Below are positions 50,428 to 64,000 of a stretch of DNA of 64,000 nt, piece after piece. The notes beneath the pieces were generated by a model. The model was given only the letters and a program-made list of their open reading frames with translations. It was not told where the DNA came from and did no database searches. Source of the stretch: Podarcis gaigeae (lineage: Eukaryota); NCBI GenBank assembly GCA_964106915.2, contig OZ066919.1. One strand, written 5' to 3'. How positions within the stretch are numbered: the stretch's first letter is position 1; every line of letters starts with the position of its first letter. The translations under genes were made by a program, and so were the position numbers.

Positions 50428-52217
50428 ACCTAAGAGTAATTCCATTGTTATTGATTTCTGAAATACTGTTCACAAATCATGATCCATGGAGTGGAGTTAT
50501 GGAAATCTCTTTGCTAGCTCCTGGGAGGAGGGAGGACCTTCATTTCAGGCAAGGCCTCTATAGTTTATTTTGGGCACATGTGGGTGTGTGCATATAATTA
50601 TATGAAAAATTGGCTTCCTAACCAAATGCAAATGCTTTTATGTTTAACAATACTGCTTCACTAAAGGAACGCTTCCAGCACCCCAGTTTTCCCTGCTACT
50701 CTGCAGTGAGCTTTTCCATTGTATACACAAGTGATCACATTTTGACAATATTATGTTTAGGTTCTGCAAAACCGTAATCAGTTGTATGAATGCAAACTAT
50801 TCAGGCTATATAATAATTTCCTAAGCCTGCCATCTCACACTTCATTATTGTGGAGAGAGGCAGGCAAATGATAAATTGCTTGGAAATCAGAAATTGTTCA
50901 TCTTCTGGAAAGGCTTAGTGGAAGGAGAGGAAGGGAGGGCAGAGGTTGAATGTGCTTTTTAAAAACATCTGTAGTCTGAGGCATGGTAAAAAGCCTCTAC
51001 ACGTTCTGTTAAACAGAACAGGGGAAAAACCTACAGTAATAATGAAAATTAGGATTGCCTTTGTCTTCAGTGTAGCAGTGTCCTAAAAGAATAGAAATCT
51101 AAATAAATTAGCATGCTGTTTAATTTCAGCTATTGATATTTTTTGGGGAAAAAAGAATAATCTACAATGTTTATGGCAGTGTTCTGTGCCTATATATTAT
51201 ATTAGTAGTTCTGAAAAATACTTTTAGGTCTTGTTGAAGCTTATCCATTAACAAGAGAGATTGCAATGACTTGAATATCTTAATAGTAAATTTCTCATCT
51301 CATTAATAAAGAAATGCAAAGGATATTAACAGAAATTTCTGTCTGACATGTAGAGAACACTAAACTTTTAACGCATTGCAACAAAAATAAACTCATTTAC
51401 TGCTGCACAAAAATGATTATGCCCTGTTTTTGCCTGCTGTAAATTTGATTTATTCCTATAGTAATTACAGCAGTTGATTTGGGGAAAGTTGAAAACATTT
51501 CTTTCCTCGAGCATAACAAGGCTTCTGTGTTCCCTTTGCAGCTGCATTGCAACACTTTGAACTTGCTTAGCAGACACGACAAAAGGGTTTAATTAAAATG
51601 CTAGGAGGATGAAAAATACATTTGTCTGCATTAACTCTGTACAGTTCCTATTCTTTAATTCTAATAATAAAAAGAAATAATAGTATCACTAAGATAAGAG
51701 GTTATCCTTCCTTATTGTCTATGCCCTTCCCCAAACGCTTCAATAAAGGGTAGAGCAATTCTGCAGGAAGGTTTGGTAATTCTGCTGCATACCCTGAAGT
51801 ACAATTTAATTATTAGCTGTTGGAAAATAGGAAAGAGAGTAAATAAACAGCCTCCAATGCCCAAGGTCACTATAAAGCACAGTTGTATGAGGAAAGCCAC
51901 TCATCATGACAAATAAAAATGCACGATAATTCCTAAGACATTTGCAAGTATGATTTCCTTTCTTTTCCAAGTACAATTCTCTTACTGTGTTCAGTTACAT
52001 ATTTTGAATATCTCTGCTTGAGTGCTCAATATACTTGTTTTAAAAAAGTTCAGGAACCTGTAAGTAAATCAGTTGCCCTAATCACCGAATGAATACATCA
52101 AGTCTATGTAAAACAAACTCATTTTGGGTTAGAAAGCTAAAGCAGTGCTTAACTTTTCGATGTGATATATATATCAAGTAAGCATTCTACTTTTGAATTT
52201 TGATGAGGACCATACAA

Positions 52218-52352
52218 AACTGCCTTATAGCAGTGCAGAGCATGGGTCCATCTAGCTCAGTCCAATTATTCTGGCTGGAATCTTTCATAGCCCTATCCAG
52301 AGACGTTGGTTTGCCTTTTGCATGCTAGCTATGTGTTCTACCATTACCCTTC
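52218..52352 (-). mobile_element. Squam2-like SINE remnant
   Basis: ctgccttata...ggtccatctagctcag...ttttgcatgc...tctacca, reversed SINE motifs. Confidence 0.55.
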
Positions 52353-52949
52353 AGGCTTTTGCCCAGCCTTTGTAGTGGTTGTCATGTCAAAAGCTGCGGT
52401 GGAAAAAAATGGGCAGGGTGTGTGTGTGCTCTGTATAGATAAGTTTAATTGGTTACCAAGTTGTGGTATGCATTAGTACTTTTTGCTGTTGAATCAAAAT
52501 GATTAGGAATCAATGTGTGTTTTGAGTTTGCCTTAAATTTGGCCTCTGGATATTTAGATGCATCGGAAGAGTCATCTGTTTCTGTGAGAGAATGCATTGC
52601 CAGGAGTGCTTATTTTTCTGATAGCAGATACGACTCTTTGTTGCCTTCCTCTCTTGCTAAAAGGATCTCCTTAGCACAGGGCTGGGGATACTTTTTTCCA
52701 TCTGACTTCTCCCCGCCATTTGAGTCAACATTGCCATGGCAGTGATCTTCCTTGGGCCACATGCTGGTGGTGTGTGGGGTCAGAGACACCCCACACTGTT
52801 TCTCTCTCAAGGTCATCACCACTCCACGCCTTTTCTTTCATACGTATGACCTATTTTTGTATGCCATGAGAAGACTGCACTGTAGTAGGTGGTTGGTATA
52901 AAATACAACCAAATGTCTTTACACATCTCAGTATCTTGTTGCCCCTCCC

Positions 52950-53405
52950 ATTGGCCTCACTGAGCCACTTGCCTCAGACGGCAGGCTGGGGACAGCGGGG
53001 AGAGGCGTCAGAACTGGAACAGAAGGTGAGGGGCATCCTCATGCGACTTTTCTGCTTTTGCCGCTCCTCCTTTGGCTATGGCTAGGAGCTGCCTTTGTCA
53101 ACTCAGTCACTTCCCGAGGGGGAAGGTCCTTCCTCTGCCACCTTAGAACCGGAGCCTGGAACTGGCTCTGAAGGCCCCAAGGACTGAACCACTCACTGCC
53201 TCCTGTGCTTGTACCCCATGGCTGCCACCTGGGAAGAGCAGGGCTGCTGCTGCCAGTTGCTCCACTCCAGCTCTAATTTTTGTTTCCTGTTGTCTTCCAT
53301 GAGCCGAAGTTGCCCCAAGGCCACCTCCAGCTGCCTCAGGGAGTGGCAGGGGAGGCAGCATTTTCTGTTTTGCCTCAAGCGGAAAAATGTATTGCACCAG
53401 CCCTG
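52950..53405. mobile_element. Old GC-rich non-autonomous DNA transposon
   Basis: Ends shared with 10895-11588. Confidence 0.5.
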
Positions 53406-56400
53406 TCTGAGAGAGTCCATAAAATTGAATACCATCTTTTCTTCCCATTTAAATTTTAACCCACCTAGTCAAGCTAGGTTGTATGCACAGAGGGGTGGCA
53501 TTTTTGTTGTAGCTCTTGGGTCAAATGAAAGCCATGGGATGTAAGGCTTTCATTATTTCATTATATTTGCTTTCTTCACTACCATAATAGAAATTCGTTT
53601 TGGGTTTGCTATGCTTTATGTTTTGCTGCCTAGCTATTTTCTTTGACTCTTGGATTGCTGGGAAGAAAAGGTTCCCATTGATGGATGCTATTTCAATTCA
53701 GCACTTTATTTTTGTTTTTTAATGAGAGTTGAAAGAGAAGGGTATGTTGGCAGTCATGGCAAGGTTCCAGTGGAAACACTTTCCTAGACAAGTGCTTTAT
53801 CACTCATCAAATCTTTAACTTAGATTGATTCAACAAATAGATAGATAGGCCATTTACTGAACTGTCCCAATTTGTTATGACCAGGTGTGTGATCTGGAAT
53901 TCAGTGCTGTTTCATAGGTTAGAAGAATTAGAAGACCAACTTCTGTTCATTAAGCCATCTTTCACCTTATTCTAATATTTCTGGGTTTGATAGCAGGTGC
54001 AAACTTCAACATAAGCATTATGTGATCATAGCTAAGGGTTGATCCAGAAGAACCAAACACTTTCATATGAAGACTCAGACCCGGAAATCGCAACAAGCTT
54101 TCACACTAGCATCTTATTGAGGGTTGCTGACACCCCTACACCATACAAATCTGTAACTACACCATACATTTACTCATGTGGGTATAGGCCAGACATCTAC
54201 ATTCTGAAAGTAAAATCCAAGAATGCTCTTAAACTACAAAAGAATAGCTGGGGAAAATAGAGCATACATTCAGATATAAATGAAGCATTATAATGTGTTT
54301 AATTTTAGCAGTAAACTAACATAATTAGAAATGATGAGTGCAAGACATAGGCTGAACTTGGAACCAGGTTGCTAATGCATTCTTGAATTATAGTCCTTCT
54401 GCCTAGGGAGAAATACAGCTCTTCCATACTCATGGTTATTTGTTTCCAAGTATTTTACCAGCTTCATTGAGCCCTGCCCATGTGATTTTTTTGTGTGGTT
54501 ACTGCACAGCTGTCATCACATTTGAATACTACAAATTATGCTACCACAAATTTTATAGCTGAATTCCCTGCATTTGAGGAAATTGCTGGGGTCAGCATAC
54601 TCTGAGGGCAATGGATGAGCCTCACAATGGGAAAACCTCCTTCATGATCTCCCCTGCCAAATGTTAAGTACTCATCATAATTTGTTTACAATTTGTTTCA
54701 TGGAGTCCTGCTCATGTGAAAAATTTTTGGCATTTACTGCAAATTGGTCCTAAGAATTGTTTTAACACCATTTGTCACACTCTACACATAAGTAGGCACT
54801 GGACTGTTTTAGAATTTCTTGACCACTTCGATAAAAGTTTATCAGAGGATTGTTTATTGGTCCTGAGTATGCATTTAAGACTTCAAGGTACAATGTAGTT
54901 GTCTCATTTGATGCATTTTGGAGCAAACTCAGTCTGTGTTTTAGAAAAATTGAATTTCAATAGGCTTAACCACTGCTATGCCAAATTGTGTCTGCTATAA
55001 ATATTTGTCAATGGTGTTAATAAAAGTAGAGTTCAATATACTTCTGTAGGCCCATAATACCCACAGAGGCAATCTGAAGCCAGATCGTTGGTCCCTTTTG
55101 CCATATTTATAACAAGCTGTTTAATTTTCTTGGGTGAAACTTCTCCTTTGCCAGGGAAGAGGAGATTAGGCATGCCACTGTTACAACAGGGAGGAAACCA
55201 ATGTGTTTTGAGCAAATTACTAGCTCTGCCATTTTCTTGTTTTGCAAATAATCGCTCAATAGGATTGCGGGGCGGGGAATAAAAAAGATGAGTTATAACA
55301 GTTTTGCTGTATACTTGTGACATGTATTTGAAACATGTGGCTCTTCTGGCTGCTTCATGTGCAGTCCTAAAATCAAGGAAGGCAACAGCTGTTAGTAGGT
55401 TCTTCACTACTCTAGGAGTTTCTGGTTCTTAGCTTCAAACCTCTTTTGCCTTGACATCAGTGATAGCCTTGTCTTCTGAGGAAAGAGCCAGTTGCCCTTT
55501 GGGGTGCATGAATCCTTCAGCGATGAATGGCACAAAGCAGTAATTATTCCCTGCCTCTTGTGATCTGAGTAGTGGAAGCTGTGCGCCTGGGCACATCATT
55601 AAATTTCCAGGCAGCATGGTAGTTATAAGCCTAGGAAGAGAGTGATTCTCGTGGCATTTTAATATGTTGGGGGTGGGAGTACCCGGTAACAGGTGGTATT
55701 TAAAAACCAATTAATATTTGTGAATAACAATGTGTTACTGGTAAGAAAACAAATCAGCCTCTATGTGAATATTTATGATGCTGATTTTTCAGGGCTTCTG
55801 GAATTGCACAATATTTCTCCAGCTGCCATTGCATGTTATTCTGCTGTCAGAACAATCCTGCACAAAGCTGAACTCCCTCTGACAATGTGTAGCCAAGTTC
55901 CCAGGAGCGAGACAGTCAAGTAGATTAGGAGAGTGTAATTCTTGAACTGTGTATTCTCAATAATTCAATATTTAGGCAACCGAGTTCCAAACATTTTAAA
56001 TATTCTTTGCCATTACAGTGAACTATGCAATTTAGTATACAATTTCATCCTATTAAGAGCCAAGCCATGCACACAGATAATGCTATGTTTGAAGTGAAAA
56101 AGGGTGTTAAAGGTTGTTTTGTCTCCGTGTTCTGTGAGAAAGTGTTTTACAGTAGATCAAACTTGCCTAATGGTTCTTCATAATACTTTCATTTGAACTG
56201 CTCCCTGTGGCTTGTGTTTGGGGGAACTCAAAGGGGAGAATCCACTTTGTTTCTTAGTGGGGCGGAGTTTTCTATTTCATGCATGTTCACATTGCCATTT
56301 GAAAAGGATAATGGGTTTTTAACCTCAGTGAATCTTAGATTGCAGTCTCAGTGCTCATGGAGCGTTTCTTAGTCTTTTACAGAGGAATAAACTTATCTGT

Positions 56401-56891
56401 TTTTCTTTTTGTCTTATCATAGCCATAAGTCCTGGGCTTCCTGCATCTTTTGTGGAGCATCTCTTCCTTTGACTAAGCAGTTCTTATTTTTATTTATCAA
56501 AAGCTCACTAAAATAAGTTATTAATTAAAGCTGCATTTATTTTATTTTGGTTACGGTGTGTGTGTTTTTAACTTATTTACAGTGAAGTTTAATTTAATGA
56601 AATCCTGTTTGGAATGGATTCAAATGGTTGGTAGCAGTCCTGGCTCTAATCAACTTCCCAACCACAATGTTTTTCTGCTGCATGCGGAGAGGGCAGGGGA
56701 ACTGCCAGAATGCCATACTCTAGCCACTGCTAATGCTAATATCTAGACATTTTTATCATGGTTGCATGTTTTGTAGCCAACAAGGTACACAAGGCAAATG
56801 GTAGCGAAAGGGCTGGTATTTCTGCTACACTGTTTAAAAAAACCCTCAACTTTCCTCTTCCAAGGATGGAGGGTAGGAGGAAAAGGAAATA

Positions 56892-57117
56892 CAGTGGTAC
56901 CTCGGGTTACAGACGCTTCAGGTTACTGACTCCTCTAACCCAGAAATATTACCTCAGGTTAAGAACTTTGCTTCAGGATGAGAAGAGAAATTGTGCTCCG
57001 GCAGCGCGGCAGCAGCAGGAGGCCCCATTAGCTAAAGTGGTGCTTCAGGTTAAGAACAGTTTCAGGTTAAGTACGGACCTCTGGAATGAATTAAGTACTT
57101 AACCCGAGGTACCACTG
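56892..57117 (+). mobile_element. Tc1/mariner-pogo-type MITE (226-bp form)
   Basis: Perfect TIR cagtggtacctcgggtta / taacccgaggtaccactg, TA flanks. Confidence 0.96.
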
Positions 57118-58182
57118 TAGCTGCAGGCATGGCAGGAGCAACAATTAGCAGTAGCATCAGCAACAGTTGAGGAGCCTAGGAACTCCAAATTTAGGTAGGC
57201 ACAAAGAAGATAGGATGCTTCTCACCTCAACCTGTCTTGTCTGGCTGTATCACTCTGGGAACCTGGTAGCCTGCTTGTGGTCAGAAACATCACAGATCCC
57301 TGAAGCAGATGAGGGAATAGCCATCTGGCACCCCTATTCAGGAAGCCCTGAATACTGCACACCAGGTGCTGCACACAATTCCATGCACCTTTGGACACAA
57401 ATGAAGTAGCTGCAACCCAATAACTTTGTTATCCCCTTCCCCTTATTCTTGCAAGCTGCGTTCTACAAAAGCGTGGAAAATACTAAGCCACTGCCTGCAA
57501 TGTGGAACCCTTAAGTTTCGGGTTTCTCCAACAGATTTTAGGCCATCTGTGTTTGTGGTGCACCCCTGTCAGTGAGGTGGGTGTAAAGCCCCAGCACATG
57601 GCCTATCATATGTACATATTTTCTCCAACTTGGGGGGGGGCATGAAATAGGATAGTGTTATGGAGTGCTCTTGTTAACTAAAATAATTTAGGTTAAGACA
57701 AATATTTTTTATGAATTTGGAAATACACAATCTGGTATTTTAATAGGGAAAGGTTTATATGTAGTTAATTCTAGTCTATGTACCAAAGCAATTCACTCAC
57801 TAAGTATTGATCTAGAGTCTGGTGTATCACTTCACGTCCAACAGAAATCTTCTAAAATGAAGGCATTTAAAATAAGGAAATAACTGGGTTTGAACGTTGC
57901 AATATTTACTGGTTTTACTCTTTTTCACATCTAATCGGCAATAACTCATCAGTCAGTTCAGCATTTCTATTTGCTAGTAAGTACTAAAGGCTGCATAGGT
58001 TTGTGTGATTACTAACCGAATACTAGCTCCATTTGAAAAACAACACTGCTTAAAATAGTGGTTTTGTGTGGTTTATTGCAGAGCTCTTTTACTGCAAACT
58101 TGTTATAGTTATTTGATGAGGAAGAAAGGATGCCCCCTTAATTTTCTTGGGCTGAGCCCTGGCAGGGAGAACAAGTTTTGTT

Positions 58183-58424
58183 CAGTGGTACCTCAGGTTA
58201 AGAACTTAATTCATTCTGGAGGTCCGTTCTTAACCTGAAACTGTTCTTAACCTGAAGTACCAATTTAGCTAATGGGGCCTCCTGCTGCCACCGCGCCACC
58301 ACCACACGATTTCTGTTCTCATCCTGAAGCAAAGTTCTTAACCCAAGGTACTATTTCTGGGTTAGCGGAGTCTGTAACCTGAAGCGTCTGTAACCTGAAG
58401 CATCTGTAACCTGAGGTACCACTG
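58183..58424 (-). mobile_element. Tc1/mariner-pogo-type MITE (242-bp form), reversed
   Basis: TIR cagtggtacctcaggtta / taacctgaggtaccactg. Left TA mutated to TT. Confidence 0.95.
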
Positions 58425-60954
58425 TACTGTGTTTATTGCCCGATTAGGATCTGTCTAGAGGTATGACACCTATGCAAGTGAGTTTCTTGTAAATTCTGTT
58501 CCTTCCTTTTGATGGGGAATAAGAGAAGGCTTACTCCTTTGAAGTTGCATCAAGGTAGAAATAAAGTGCCAGATATCTTTCTTGCTTTTAAAAAAATCAT
58601 TTGTTTTCTGTCTTTTTATGCTATAATTTTAAAGCATCTGAGCTGTTCGTTTGTTCTGCAAAAGCACAACACAAAGGCAGAAAGACACCCCTCCTTTCCT
58701 CTGAGTTGTCTGTAGTTCATGGGGGAAGAAGGAATATAGTCTCTGCCTCTTCCTTCTACATAGAAGGCAGAAACCACAAGTTATTGAAGATGCCCATCAG
58801 GAAGGCAGGGGAAATGTTGCTCCCTTCCTCTGGGTTTTCTGCATGTACCATAAGGACCTGGGATGGTGGCAACCCAATTAATGGTTTATTAGTAAAGCAA
58901 GCACAGGGGAAGTGAGTAGGTAATGTGTGGTCTTGTCATGTGAAAGAAGTCGCAACTCCCATTGTCCCTGACAATTAGCCATTTTGGGTGTAACTCATAT
59001 TTTTATTGCACTGGACACTCTTGTTAAGCAGCACAATATTAAATGTGATTACACTGAAATTGGAGCATTTAAATTTAGGACCTGGTAAAATACATGCATT
59101 AGACAATGTTTATCTTAGTGTACTTTGTGATGCTTATTGTGGGTGAGACTTATTTTATCTGCTTATGATGTTACCTTAAAATTAAACAAAATAATTGTTG
59201 GTAAATGACCATAGCAGTTTATCAAGTTGCAGGTTGTGGTGGCTACTATTCACGGAGTACAAAATATCCTTAAATAGGATATCACCATTTTAGAACATTT
59301 GACCTAGACGCTGAGATGTGTTTGAACTTGGCAAGTGTCCCCAGAGGTCTAGCAGGATTTGAGAGAGAACCCTGTTTCATTGGCATCAAAGCCTGAAAAG
59401 TACTAAAGCTCTTGAGGTCTGAGAATCATAGAGCAAACTCTGCCAGGAGCAGATGGCTTTTCACAAGACAACTGTGAAAAACAAAGGTGGGGAGAGACCT
59501 GGGCCAAAATGATATGGTCAAGTGTGGTCAAAGAAGTGTTGCCTAAAGATGGAGAACAAATGGGAGAGCATCACAAAAGAAATGAAACAATGGGGGAACT
59601 AATTGGTAATGAGGGTTTACATTCTCTTTAACAGCTTATGGTTAATTTCAAATAATAACCAAAAATCTGTTCAACAGAAATGGATGTTAGATACCAAAAA
59701 TGGCTATCATTAGCATAGAAATATAGAGGGTGACCTATCTTCTAATACTTAGCAGCACACCCCTATCTTATACAGTAGCTTGAAATATACTTAAGTAGAC
59801 TTGGTTTTTGAGCATGTTGGCAACATAAAAAGAAAGCTATATGAAAAGAAGAGAGATCTCTACCAGTTGCTTGTACTATAATCAAGGACAAGAAGCTTAG
59901 AAAAGTCAAAGAGAGATTGGAATGTCCTGACATATCTCTGACAAGTGTAATATTTCCCTAACTCATTATCTGATAGTGGTTAAATAACTAGTCATGAGCC
60001 CTCTGCTGATGTCACCCTCTGATTGTTGAGGGCCTAGGCAATGCCCTTGAGGAGGGAAACATGTACAGCACATATTTAGAAAACGTTGTGGCAGTACAGT
60101 GAGTTATCAGGGTGTCCTTTGTAATTTAACATTTTATGTGTATTACTTGTGCATGATCTTGATGTTAATAAATGTTTTGTGAGCGAAGGTGAGTTAGTTT
60201 TCTGTGGAAAAGACACCCCCCCATGAGGGTATGATATCTCTGGGAAACCGTTTTTACAACATGGACTGTATTTGTGTTTTTTGTGTGCAAACCTTTTTTT
60301 GTTTTTTAAAAGCCGGAAGCAGGTAAGCCTTGCCTGTGAAATGTGTTTTTTTGTGGGGTGGGGGTGAGTGGCATGCAGCAACATCTTTTAAAGTGACTCT
60401 TTTCCAACTCTGTTGAAAAGCAGCTTTCTGGGTCATAGTTTATCTGTAGGGGCTCTAAAAAAAATCATTTCTTCAATAAAATCAATTTGATTTGATTTTT
60501 TTGGGGGGAAAGAAATGACTTCATTATAAACAATCCTCCTGCAATGCAGATGAAGGGGAGAAAGCAAATGGGGGTGTTCTTTCAAATACAAGTTATTTCA
60601 ATCTTGTCAGGTTAGATATGTCAGAAGAAAGAGTTTTACAAACAAGTCCCTGAAGATAAACTATAACCTAGATTAGCTGAATTCAGAGTAGGTTTTGTAA
60701 AATTTGGTAGCTGTGTAACTTCTGAAATTGTCTCCTTGTTTTCTTAACAAGGAATAATTGAATAGTTGTGAGTTTTGGCGGCTCCTAGGCAAGAGGCCAT
60801 CAGTGGACTCCTAATCCTGCCTTTTAGATCACTCCTCTACTTTTGCAAACTATGTCTGTCAGGTGAGAAAACACTATTAGAAAGGTGTTGGGAAAGAGTA
60901 ATGGTGAAAACAGAGGTAAAAAAAGAAATCCTATCATTTAACTTTCCTTGTAAC

Positions 60955-61330
60955 TCTATAGATTTAGTTCCTCTGTTTCTCATTTCCCCAACCTTAAATT
61001 CAGTTCAAGCATTTTTGCATCTGTTTATTATATATATATATATACATACACCACCAATATTTGAGTATATGTCCCCCAAATATTCATATTTTTGTTCGCA
61101 CTTTTGCTTATACACATTTTTGCAACAATTTTCTCCAATATTATGTACTTATGTATGTTGTTTTTCCCTAATCCATACATTTTTATGTACTCCTTGCATT
61201 TTTGAACACATCTTTGGTTAGATGGCTGCATTACAACTGCATTGCAAAATGTGGAGAATCCTGAATTTCAGAGGATGTCTGCATTTTGGTAAGTACATAT
61301 TATGTCAGTTTGCAGTAAAATGCAAACTGG
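60955..61330. mobile_element. AT-rich interspersed repeat remnant with internal degenerate repeats
   Basis: Recurring acattttt(g/a)...ttttc(t/c)c..aat units. Probably a non-autonomous DNA element. Confidence 0.4.
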
Positions 61331-63079
61331 GCTACAGTAGTGTAGGTCACCTCTTAATTGAGGGCTATGTGCCTGTTGCTACTCTGAGCAGTGTTCCTTT
61401 GCCTGTGTGAGCTTGGGATTACGGCTCAGTTGCAGCATTGCCATCAGGGCAGGACTATGGTGTAGAAATCCACATACACCAGAATGAATAAGAGCTGAGC
61501 TGGCTTGCTACATTCTGAAGCAATGCAATTAACATCAGAGTATAAAAGAACCTATCTGTACCACCACCCAACTGGCCCACCCTGAGTTCCAGCCATTCCT
61601 TTTAAGAAATGTGCATCCTGTGGTTTGGTTTTCTGGTGGAGAGGCTTTGCAGGTTCATTTACTTCAGATGTCACTGGTACAATCTGAAGGTTCTCAACCA
61701 TGGTAGTAATCTGCTTCCTCACCCCCACTGCCCGTTGCAGGAGTGATGCTTGAGCAAATTCTGCTGTACTATATCATATTTGTATTTTTGGGACTTCAGG
61801 TAAACTTTATGTTGGAAAGGCATAATGTGAAAAGTAAGCTGGTGCAATTTTTATGCACCAGCAGATCCCAAAGTTTGATCCCAGCATTCACTGGGCACCT
61901 TGGCAAAACACCTTTTGAACTCTCAACATCATTAATTTCTTGTGATGGGGATTGTGAAAGGACTGGAGTGCTGCATATAATGCTAGAAGCAATGGAATTG
62001 GTTGATGCAGTGCAGCATATTTAGATCATCTTGTTCTGAATATGCTTTTGTAGCTTCCCTATAGTGGGAATTGGCTTTTAAGACCTGAATATCTCATAAA
62101 GCTAATATTAACAGGCAGCTTGAGATTGTGCAAATTTCACCTTATTTGCTGAATCGAGTGGCAGCAGTAGCCCTCTGCTCCTTTTTTATTTCCTTTCTTC
62201 CATTAGTATATGCTTTGGCAGTTTTTGTTTTGTCATTGTCAAATACTAAATTAATTTTGATTCCTGAAGCTTATACAGTAAAGGTGACTTTAGAATCATC
62301 ATAATTGTCAATTTAACTTTCATACCACATAGCGTTTACCAGCTACTCTTAGGCAGTGGGTTGAAATAACTTCTCCATGGTGTGTCTGTCTGAAGCAATT
62401 GAGGAATTCATTGAATATTCAATGTATACAAGGCTATATGCATTAAGGTTTTGGGTGCTGACGCCTCCTTGGAGGAGGCACTCAGCTGCAGTTGAGTTGG
62501 TTTTGTTTAGATAACAATGCACTCTAATATGACTCACACCTTAGTAAGTATTGTGTTTGAACTTGTACTGAACGGGGAATATATGAAGAAGAGATGACAG
62601 AGGGGTGAGATACCCAGGTTTCATTTCTAGATGTAATATGATGAGAATTGATGCAATTCTTTATGCAGAAGATGTCATGCTGTGAGCTTTCAGGATGCAA
62701 AGTAGTGTCATGATAGGGACTGTGGCAAGAGCAATGCCTTCCTCTGGAACTGAATTTGTTGTGCTGCACTTGAACAATTGTGTAATTATTAAAGAATAAC
62801 ATTGAATCCAACAGAAATATAAAGCACTGCAAACTGAGGAGTCAAGTATTTAAAGAAGGAAATCCAGAAAACTGGCTAAGCTCCAGCACTCCTAAGAACA
62901 TCTTAGGAATTTTTAAGAGAGTCCTAATCTAAATGAAAGTGAGCAGTGTGATGCTGTTGCCAACAAAATAATTGCATGCAACATACAGCATTATTACTAC
63001 CTTGTGTATTTACTTCTGATTTGACTCTGCAGTGGTATTGTGTGGCCGTATTTTAATGGTAGAAACAAGCAGGAATAAC

Positions 63080-63094
63080 GATGATGATGATGAT

Positions 63095-63125
<31 letters not shown>
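63080..63125. repeat. (GAT)n microsatellite
   Basis: About 15 units with one interruption. Confidence 0.97.
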
Positions 63126-63126
63126 A

Positions 63127-63270
63127 GGGAGAGGGGCTCATTAGTAAAGTGTGTGTAGAAGATCCCAGCTTCACCCTGCCTTATCCAGTTGAAAGACCCC
63201 AGGTAGCAGGAAAGAGAATTGAGCTAGACGTGCCAGTGGTATTACTTGGTTTAAGACAGCTTTATATGTG
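63127..63270 (+). mobile_element. Squam2-like SINE remnant
   Basis: agaagatcccag...tccagttgaaag...caggtagcagg...tgagctaga...aagacagctt motif order. Confidence 0.45.
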
Positions 63271-63902
63271 TAACATTCTGGGTTGCATCAGGAGATACTG
63301 AAGGAACTGGACAGGTTTTACTTTTCAAAAAGAGAATTGCAGGATAGCTTTTCAAACACTAGTTTAGATATTGGTAAAAATTTCTTGGTGGGATTTTTTT
63401 TTTAGAATAATGTAATTTTAATTTCCTTTCAAGTCTAGCACAGTGTCCTAAGACTTGATCCGCTTGTTATGAGCCTGTATTAGCCCAAGAATTAACTGGT
63501 CTTAAGCAAGATTTGCACTTTCTATTCGCCACCCGTCTCTGTCCTTTCCGAAATTCGTTTTGTGTATCTTGCTTGCTGTGGAGATAACTCACAATCAGTT
63601 TTGGGCAGCACTCTGAAGCATGGAAAACATTCCACCCCCTCCCCCAGCAGCTGTAACATATGGAACAAAACAAAAGTATGAGATTTGACTTTTCTTTTAA
63701 AATAAAAGCATTTTCAAAGCGTCTGGCTAATTGTGGATAGTGTTTCAGAAAATTTTATGTTTTCAAAAAAAAAAATTCTATACTGCTCTTCATCTGATGA
63801 TACCAGAGTAGACAGTTGTAAGGGCACTAGGACACTACAGTACTTTCCATAAAAAGTGTTACTATATAAAGCTCTGAGAGTCAGAAAGCAACATTTCAGT
63901 TA

Positions 63903-64000
63903 CAGTGGTACCTCAGGTTAAGTACTTAATTCGTCCCGGAGTTCCGTTCTTAACCTGAAACTGTTCTTAACTTGAAGCACCACTTTAGCTAATGGGGCCT
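63903..64000 (-). mobile_element. Tc1/mariner-pogo-type MITE, cut by window end
   Basis: TA-cagtggtacctcaggttaag, matches the 58183 copy. Confidence 0.95.

Overview
AT-rich, non-coding vertebrate DNA. It is almost certainly a squamate, probably a lacertid lizard, inferred from the Sauria-SINE and MITE repertoire. I found no credible protein-coding gene: the ORF track is explained by SINE/MITE/LINE remnants, simple repeats and chance. The window looks like a large intron or gene desert. It holds 5 Sauria SINEs of two subtypes, older tRNA-derived SINEs, many TA-flanked Tc1/mariner-pogo-type MITEs, hAT MITEs with 8-bp TSDs, decayed L2/CR1/L1/RTE-X-like LINE pieces, a probable solo LTR and a Penelope-like fragment, separated by TE-poor stretches that may contain enhancers. 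Most notable: (1) a minimal hammerhead-ribozyme motif in a 126-bp TSD-flanked Penelope fragment; (2) a composite MITE with ~103 bp of foreign DNA between duplicated right ends; (3) a 1.4-kb TIR element carrying a 154-bp tandem array; (4) perfect long inverted repeats (31 bp and 26 bp stems). Family names come from recalled consensus features, not database searches. Boundaries of old elements are approximate.
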